Source: Phyllobates terribilis (Eukaryota). From it: DNA of 64,000 nt. The notes under the pieces were generated by a model. That model was not told the DNA's origin, made no database searches, and worked only from the letters and a program-made list of their open reading frames with translations. This document shows, piece after piece, positions 56,335 to 64,000 of the stretch. A program made the position numbers and the translations under genes. Each line of letters begins with the position of its first letter. The first letter of the stretch is position 1. The stretch lies in assembly GCF_046119375.1 (NCBI RefSeq), contig NW_027362767.1, positions 247,070,001 to 247,134,000 on the forward strand, written 5' to 3'.

Positions 56335-58507
56335 CTTTCGGACCACATCAAAGTTGAGTTGAACATTAGAGGAGTTTAGAAGAAGAAAGATGAAAGAACT
56401 CACTGATGGATTCTCCAATAACTCATTCTGCAGCCAGTAATGCAGGGAAAATAAAGTGTTTATAAAAGCCAAACGGTGCAACATTTTTAATGAAACCCAA
56501 TTTCAGAAGTGATTTTTAACCAAAAATACATACATTTAGGTAAAAAAAAAAAAAAAAGTCCCAAAAGATTTCCATAGTCTTAAGTTGAGAGTGCTCAAGA
56601 AATTCATGGAAGCCACCACATAAGCTGGTGAGTATGCAGACCTGCGGAGCTCCTCCTTAATTAAGCCTAGCCAATAATGAGGTAGGTTTGTTTTAATTTG
56701 GCAGTGACCAATTGTATCACTTTCAAGTAAAAACTGAGGCCATATCATAAATACAGCGGATTTGGCTCCAGATTTCACAATGCAAAGTGCATAGATCTCT
56801 CGGACCGGATGATGCTAGTGTGCTCACTTTGAAAATCCTTGTCAGAATTGCTGTAAAAATCCCAACATAAAGCTGAGCTTTCACAAACAGCCATTCTGAC
56901 TTAAAGTAAGTACACCAGCCCCATCAGGTCTAGATTAGTTTATTAACATATGAAGGTTGCATTGTTAAATCTGGTGACCATTTCACTTTAAAATAGAAAA
57001 GGGTCTGGACGCCGTTACTAGAAAATGGTTTGCGGGCCGACAGACGGGAAAGAAGATGTCCAAAGCCAATTCTCTAAATGACGTTTCTGGGAAACCCAGA
57101 CGTGTCTTCTATTTTTTTTTCTACTCCCTTATTTCACCTGAATTTAAAGGGATTGTTTCCTTTCAGAAAATGTTGGTCCCCCGGGGCGCAGATTATTGTA
57201 AAAAAATAAAAACAAAAAAATAACTAGCCACATTTTACTTGCTGACCCCTTGCGCTCAGTCTCCACTGCTGCCTCTGGTTTCTGGTATTGGCTGCCGCCA
57301 ATCAGTGAGCTCAGGAAACCTGCGCTTGTTACATGAGAAGCTGAGGATTCTGATGTAGGGGTAAAATCCCACAATGGGAGAACGCTGTGGATTGCAAAAT
57401 TTGCTTGTTTTTTTTTCTCATGCAGAATTTTTTTTTTGCAAGGATGGTTTTTTTTTTGCAAAACCTCATATAAATTTCTACAGAATCACTCAGCAAATCT
57501 GCCACGTACCCAGGTGCATTAAAGGGGTTTTCTGCTGACGGCTAAGGTCACTGATTGGCTGCAGAAGTTACAGCACTGGCTGATGCTTTACGGCGGTGTA
57601 GGGAGGCAATACCATACACAGTGTTAGTGATCGCACACCACAGGGTTAAACGAAAGGCCATTATTTCGTGAGGAGTGCGAGTATTAGGTTGCACGCCCGT
57701 GCTCCTTTCCAAGTGCTGAGATTCTTCTTTGCTCGGCTGCCACTAACGCTGTTTAAATAATGGATTTTCCAGTTAGCACGACATGTCAGAGCTGCCATAG
57801 AAAAAAGAGAGAGAACGCAGCAAATCTCGTCCGTCCTAAGCGTCGCCCAAAAGAGCCCCATCACCCAGTCCCACCCACTCATTAGCACAGTACTATACAT
57901 CAGTGCCCCCGCCTCGCTGCAAATAACAGTATAGTAATATTACGGTAGAGCGCGTTATAGGCGCGGTAACTGGCAGCCATGATTTGCTTGACAATTCATT
58001 ACCATAAGTCCCAGATCATTTGTGCTGAACGGATATGGGGAAGACGGCCGAGTTATGGAAAGACACAACGTGCAAGGGAACAAAAAAAACTATTGAAACG
58101 TTCATGAAGACTCAAGTGAGCCGTGGGCAGAGCCATTAATCACACGTCCGCCGCAGGCAGCCATCTTTCCCTTATCTCCCTCTGACATCACCGGGGGGAG
58201 CGTGTCATTGCACCTCTCCTCCGCGTGACACCTTGCAAACCGGAGCTCTTGTCCGTCTCCCTCGGGTTTGATTTCTTCCTCCCCCCGTCAGCGGATTCGT
58301 AAGGAAACGTCAATGCACAAACGAAAAGCAAAAAAACCCCGCCCCTTATTGAATGTAGATGGAGGTGAACGAAAAGCGATGACATCACTTATTACGAGGT
58401 GTGGGATGTCACTGATGCTCCCTGAGACTCGTGATGTCATCGTGGGAGGACAGGAAAGAACATATCCGTGTTTTAGGTCCATAATTCTGGTCTGATTTAT
58501 TTTTTAA

Positions 58508-58797
58508 AAGGGGTATTTTGATAAGAAGAGGTTATATATCCACATTAGAGGTGATGACCTCTAGATTGGGGGGTGATACCCTGATGATCGGCAGAATGGG
58601 GCACGTTTATCCCTGGCAGCGTGCACATGGGACTTCCGCTCCATTCATTCTATATGGCCCTGTCCCATAGGGATGACTGGAGCAGCAGCCACACGTGGAC
58701 ATTGCAGCTCTCTACTAGGGGGTCCCCCACCAATCTAGAGGTTTATCACCACCTATACTATGGCTAGGTGATAACTTCTCCCTATCGGAATACCCCT
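58508..58797. mobile_element. Palindromic TTAA-target MITE
   Basis: AAGGGGTATT...AATACCCCT ends with TTAA flanks; internal inverted repeats. Confidence 0.6.
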
Positions 58798-58939
58798 TTA
58801 ATATCTGCCTATCTCTCTATGCCTGCCCTTGCTCCAAGGACGATTTCGCTAATCCAAGATTCACCTTCCTGCCCGCCAACTCATAGTCAATAGCTTCATA
58901 TATGCATATGAGGCTGTTGAGTTCAGGTCAGGAGACCAC

Positions 58940-59845
58940 GGGCGGATAGGAGAGGAGGGGCGGTCAGGAGAGGACGGACGGACAGGAGAGGACGGGCGGA
59001 CAGGAGAGGACGGGCGGACAGGAGGCGACGGGCGGTCAGGAGACAACGGGCGGTCAAGAGACGACAGGCGGGACAGGAGACGATGGACGGGACAGGAGAC
59101 GACGGGCAGGACAGGAGACGACGGGCGGTTAGGAGATGAAGGGCGGTCAGGAGACGACGGGCGGGATAGGAGACGACGGGCGGGATAGGAGACGACGGGC
59201 GGTCAGGAGACGACGGATGGGAGAGGAGACGAAGGGCGGACAGGAGACGACGGGCAGGACAAGTGACGACGGGCGGGACAAGTGATGATGGGCGGTCAGG
59301 AGACGACAGGCGGGACAGGAGACGAAGGGCGGTCAGGAGAGGACGGGTGGTCAGGAGACGATGGACGGGAAAGGAGACGACTGGCGGGACAAGAGACTAC
59401 GGGCAGACAGGAGACGACGGGCGGACTGGAGATGACGCGCGGACAGGAGACGACAGGCGGGACAGGAGACGACGGGCGGTCAGGAGACGACGGATGGGAC
59501 AGGAGACGAAGGGCGGACAGGAGACGACAGGCGGGACAGGAGACGACAGGCGGGACAGGAGACGACGGGCGGGACAAGAGACGACGGGCGAGACAAGTGA
59601 CAATGGGCGGTCAGGAGATGATGGGCGAGTCAGGAGACGACGGGCGAGTCAGGAGACGACGGGCGGACAGGAGACGATGGGCGGTCAGGAGAGGACGGCC
59701 GGTCAGGAGAAGACGGGCGGTCAAGAGAGGACGGGCGGTCAAGAGACGATGGGCGGGACAGGAGACGATGGGCGGGACAGGAGACGGACAGTCAGGAGAC
59801 GACGGACGGGAGAGGAGACGAAGGCGGACAGGAGACGACGGGCAC
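58940..59845. repeat. Purine-rich minisatellite (GGACAGGAGACGACGGGC)
   Basis: Degenerate ~22-23-bp units with strong G/A skew. Confidence 0.85.
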
Positions 59846-60507
59846 ATAGCATTAAAAGTGCACTCTGATATCGTACGCAGCCTGCCTAGCATAATTTGCA
59901 ACCAAAATATACAATACTGTATGAAGCATTGATCTCTCACCTCAAGGGCTTGCTGGGAGTAGTAGTGCTTGCAGCAAATCCTCCCTGGTAGATTAATGTT
60001 GTTCCTTTATCTAGATGAGTACTACAAGGTGCAGCTATGTATATGTGTAGTATGTCACCTCAGGATACAGGCATTTTCTACCCAAAACCTTAAGTGCATT
60101 TGTCTTGGAATAGAAAGCGAGCGTGCTGCAACCCACAGCAACCGATTAGGGCTCCGCTCGCATTGACTAATTTGCACTAAATCAATCTTATTTAATTGCT
60201 GATTGTTTTTCATTCTGGGTAAATTTAATAAGGCAGTAATAGCAATCTGTGCGCTCGGTGCTGCTGAGCCGAGAGAACAGTACTGAAGTGTCTTAAAGGG
60301 GAACTCCGGGAACACATCGTAATATAGAAAGTGGACATAGCTAATTTACCCACTATTGAAATCTATTCCCCAATGGATGTTTCAGGGATTGGGAGTGCAG
60401 AGTCATGTTATTAATCTACATCCTATTGACATTTAAAGGGGCTGTCTCCATCTTCATAGATGGATATGATCAGATTTGTGTTGGTAAAAACAAGCACTTT
60501 TGCAATG

Positions 60508-60977
60508 TGCTGGAACCTTCAGTAGTTTAGAAATTCTTCTGTAACCAATGCCATCAGTATGTTTTGCAACAATAAGGTTGCGAAGGTCTTGAGACAGCTC
60601 ACTGGTTTTACCCATCATGAGATGTTTCTTGTGTGGCATTTTGGTAATGAGACACCTTTTTATAGGCCATAAGTTGAACCCATTGATATTATTTTTCATA
60701 AAGTGGCAGGATTGCTTTTTAATTACTGATAGATTTTAGCTGGCACCATGACTCTCCATGGCTTTTTGCATGTCTCTTTCTACGTGTGTTCAATACCTTT
60801 TCCCTGTGTCATTTCTCATTATTAAACATAATTTATGGACATCTATGGTGATTTCTTTGCCTGTGTAGATTGGAAGGGCTGTTACTGACATTGGTGAGAA
60901 TTTCATGTCAATAGCACCTTTAGAATTATATTTACTTAGAAAATTGATGATGTCTTCAATACTTATTTCATCCACTG
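60508..60977 (-). mobile_element. Tc1 5' fragment (TIR plus transposase N-terminus)
   Basis: CAGTGGATGAAATAAGTATTGA terminus with TA; MGKTSELSQDLRNLIVAKH. Confidence 0.7.
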
Positions 60978-63150
60978 TAAATGTATGAATGGGGCTGAAG
61001 TTGCACTTTTGGATGTAGATTATCTGCTACAGTAATTTAATTAGGATTTGCGGCAGAATTGTCATAAAATCCTGAACGTGTGAACATGCAGTTAAATACT
61101 TCACATGATCAATGTTTTTTTGTTTGATGTCAGCAGTTTATGACAGCGAGCAGACCACATCTAAAGACAAAGTGAGAACACCTTGTCCCAAAAAAAGAAT
61201 AGTTTATGTGAACTTTACTCTTTACAATTCATTAAAAAGCTCTTTAACCTACAGTGAAATGTTGACTTCAAAATAGCAAAAATAAAATTAGAACAAAAAT
61301 GAAAAAAAAAATATATATATTAAAAACAGAAATGATAATAAAATATAGAATATAACATACAATTGCTCCAAAATTGAAATACCTTGTTAGCAGTCTTTTT
61401 ATTTTTTCATATACTGTATATTACTATATATTATATATGTGTAGATATATGTTTTGTTTTCAATTTTGGAGCAATTGTATGTTTTATATTTTATTTTTTA
61501 TTATTATTTTTGTTTTTAATATATTTTCTTTTTATTTGTATTTTTGACAATTGTAATTTATTTTTTTTCGATGCGTTTGCGCTGTTTGTAAATCAGTTTT
61601 TTGACCGAACATACGACATGGTATATGGGAAGCTGCTTTATGTGCAGGGCTCTACGTCATCTGTGAATCACCTGGCTACAAAGAAGTATTTGACATGGTC
61701 TGTATAGAGCTATCATACACAACGCTGACCAAGCCCCTGAAGAAGCTGTCATTTGTAGGGCGAAACTCTGAGCTACCATTTCGGTAGCGGTCACCAGGTG
61801 GACTGCTCTGTACATTTGTTTCTAAGCAGTATTAATGACTTTTGTGAATATAATAAACACCTTTTCACTGCTTATCCAGTCTACACTATACTCCGTTTTC
61901 TTTAGGTCACCTGGATTTTTCCTCTTTACAGGGATACCGGCTGTTTCACTATGGATTTTCTGCTGGATTGGATTGATTACTTGGAAACTAAGGACTTTGT
62001 TCACTTTATCTGTATTAGGTGGTGAGCGCTCTCCCATTTCTGCCCAATGTTGTAGCGTAGTGGTTTTATTTTTTTTTTTTGCAGTTTTATTTATTTTGTG
62101 CCAGTTTTAGTCACTTTTTTCCCTCATAGTAAATCTGGTAATACCAACGTGGCATTTTCCATAACCAGACAGGGCAGGGCCGGCAGTAATTGCACAAGAC
62201 TCCAGGACTCTTCTGGATCTCAGGTCTGAGCCGTCAGTGCCTGGACCTCATTTCGTTGCTGATTTTGGCCGATCTGTCACAGATTCGCTGACCCTGAAGC
62301 TTTTTTTTTTCTCTGCACCCTTCTCTATTCTGTGCGTCCCGCACAGCTGTGCTGAGCACAAAGAGCTGTCCCCGACGCACACAATAGCCCTCTGTCCCTG
62401 CCTTCCAGATGCTGGACAGTACCCGGCCTCAGGAGGGACTGAAGGGTCGTGCCAGTCTCCTGCTGGTAGCGCGCTTTGTGGCCAGTGATGAAGAGGGGGC
62501 ACTTTCTATAGATTTTCTTTCCAGATGACCTGTGAAGCCACCATGACCTCTAACCCCTTCACCTCCCACATACACCCAAAAAAACCGTCCTGGCCTATAG
62601 AAAAACGATGAGATTCATGACCCGGGAGGGATTGTTCTCCTAATACTGGGAAGACAAGGTGTCAATAAGTCCCTGGGAATCTGTCCACAGAAGCCATTGT
62701 TGCATTAACACCTTGAGTGCTTAGGAATTTGGATTCCTGATATCTTGACATCTATACGTCCATAAATCCCGACCATGCAAAACTTTTGTTTAACTACTAC
62801 CCATGCCGGCCTTTGGAGAATAGGTTGCTATAGAAAATTTGGGCTCTGGTGCAATATAAAAACTGATGCACTTTGCAGAAATCTCTCTTCCGGATTTTTT
62901 TTTTTTTTACGCAATGCAAATAGCAATAATGCAACTGTTTGGGTATTGAATGGTTAATATTTGGACCTTCAGGCAGAGGCGAGCGCTGAGTACATTACCA
63001 CACACACCAGTTCTCAGGCTGGTGATTATTACCGGCCGACGTGGCCCGTTTCACAGCGTCAATGACAAGTCGCGAATGTCCTCGCAAAGCCCATCCCTCC
63101 ACTGTAACAGCCTCCTCCGCTGCCGCTATGGACACTGCAGCAACCACAGC

Positions 63151-63188
<38 letters not shown>

Positions 63189-63656
63189 AGAAAAACCACT
63201 ATGGGCAACATACTGTATGCATATGTATCCAGGTTCACACCGGGACATAATGCTCCGCAGTCCCCCACATAAATGGTACGCTCCTTGGAAAGATTAATCA
63301 TCTGGGGGTTTTCTGGATAATTCTGATTTAATATCCCCTTGTCATCCCTATGCATCCTCAGCCCTGTCTGCACCTCTTATTTAATGCAACATTGGCTACG
63401 CTCATTTTTTTTCTATTTTCTAGCTCTAAGGCAGGAAGCAGGGAGATCGTGCATTTTGGAGCTCTGGCAGGATGCAGCACACACCATGGTGGCCCCTTCT
63501 TCTCCCTCTCTTCACGTCTTACCTGTAATTAAGCGTCACCTTTGTACCCATAGTATGGAGCGGGCTTAGTACCCTGTGGAACAGTTCATAGACAATCCTA
63601 TAGGATTTACTGACTTTACCATAAGGAGCTGATTATGATCTCATGAAGAGGTTTAT

Positions 63657-63830
63657 CACTTGACAGACTGGGCTCTGCTGCATCTGACAGACTGGGCTCT
63701 GCTGCATCTGACAGACTGGGCTCTGCTGCATCTGACAGACTGGGCTCTGCTGCATCTGACAGACTGGGCTCTGCTGCATCTGACAGACTGGGCTCTGCTG
63801 CATCTGACAGACTGGGCTCTGCTGCATCTG
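63657..63830. repeat. 24-bp near-perfect minisatellite (GACTGGGCTCTGCTGCATCTGACA)
   Basis: About 7 copies; produces the QMQQSPVC repeat ORF. Confidence 0.9.
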
Positions 63831-64000
63831 GCAGATTAGCACTCCTACGTCTGACATACTCAGCTCTGCAGCTTCCTTCAGGTTCAGCTCTTCACATCTG
63901 CCCAGCAGAGCACCCCTGCATCTGGCATACTCAGCTCGCCTATGTCCAACAGACACAATTCTGCTACATCTGTCATCCTCATCTTTGCTACATCTGTCAG

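Noticed and set aside
62200-63140. GC-rich stretches that could be exons (62.2-62.5 kb, 63.0-63.1 kb; also 57.7 and 58.2 kb)
   Set aside because: Splice sites are ambiguous, no motif recognised, and they could not be phased reliably into the candidate gene.
63633-63956. 107-aa ORF with QMQQSPVC repeats
   Set aside because: Translation of a 24-bp minisatellite with no splice or start context.

Overview
Eukaryotic vertebrate genomic DNA, most likely an anuran amphibian (inferred from gene content and repeat families). No CRISPR arrays, operons, rRNA or tRNA genes were found. Three multi-exon genes were reconstructed by hand with GT-AG junctions and consistent phases: PTRH1 (+, 5 exons, 223 aa), CFAP157 (-, 9 exons, 524 aa, convergent with PTRH1) and CERCAM (-, 12 exons, 587 aa, ending RDEL). 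Possible 3' exons of a fourth, unidentified minus-strand gene lie at about 55-56.3 kb. The rest is dominated by nested mobile elements and minisatellites. (1) A young, apparently intact 6.17-kb Tf1/sushi-type chromodomain Gypsy retrotransposon (33367-39539) with 987-bp LTRs, a 5-bp TSD, a self-priming PBS complementary to its own predicted 5' end and a GGGAAAC plus stem-loop -1 frameshift signal; it sits inside an 8-bp-TSD hAT-type non-autonomous element. (2) A Tc1 relic containing a degenerate SCAN-like Gmr1-type LTR element (itself holding a solo LTR and a Tc1 fragment), a MITE and a 5'-truncated CR1. (3) A DD38E (Intruder-type) transposon nested in another Tc1. (4) A DD34E Tc1 in CFAP157 intron 2 with a deleted sibling nearby. 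(5) A hammerhead-ribozyme-like motif in an inverted Penelope-like repeat in a CERCAM intron. Gene names and family assignments come from recalled motifs, not database searches. Most long ORFs in the supplied track are artefacts of tandem repeats.
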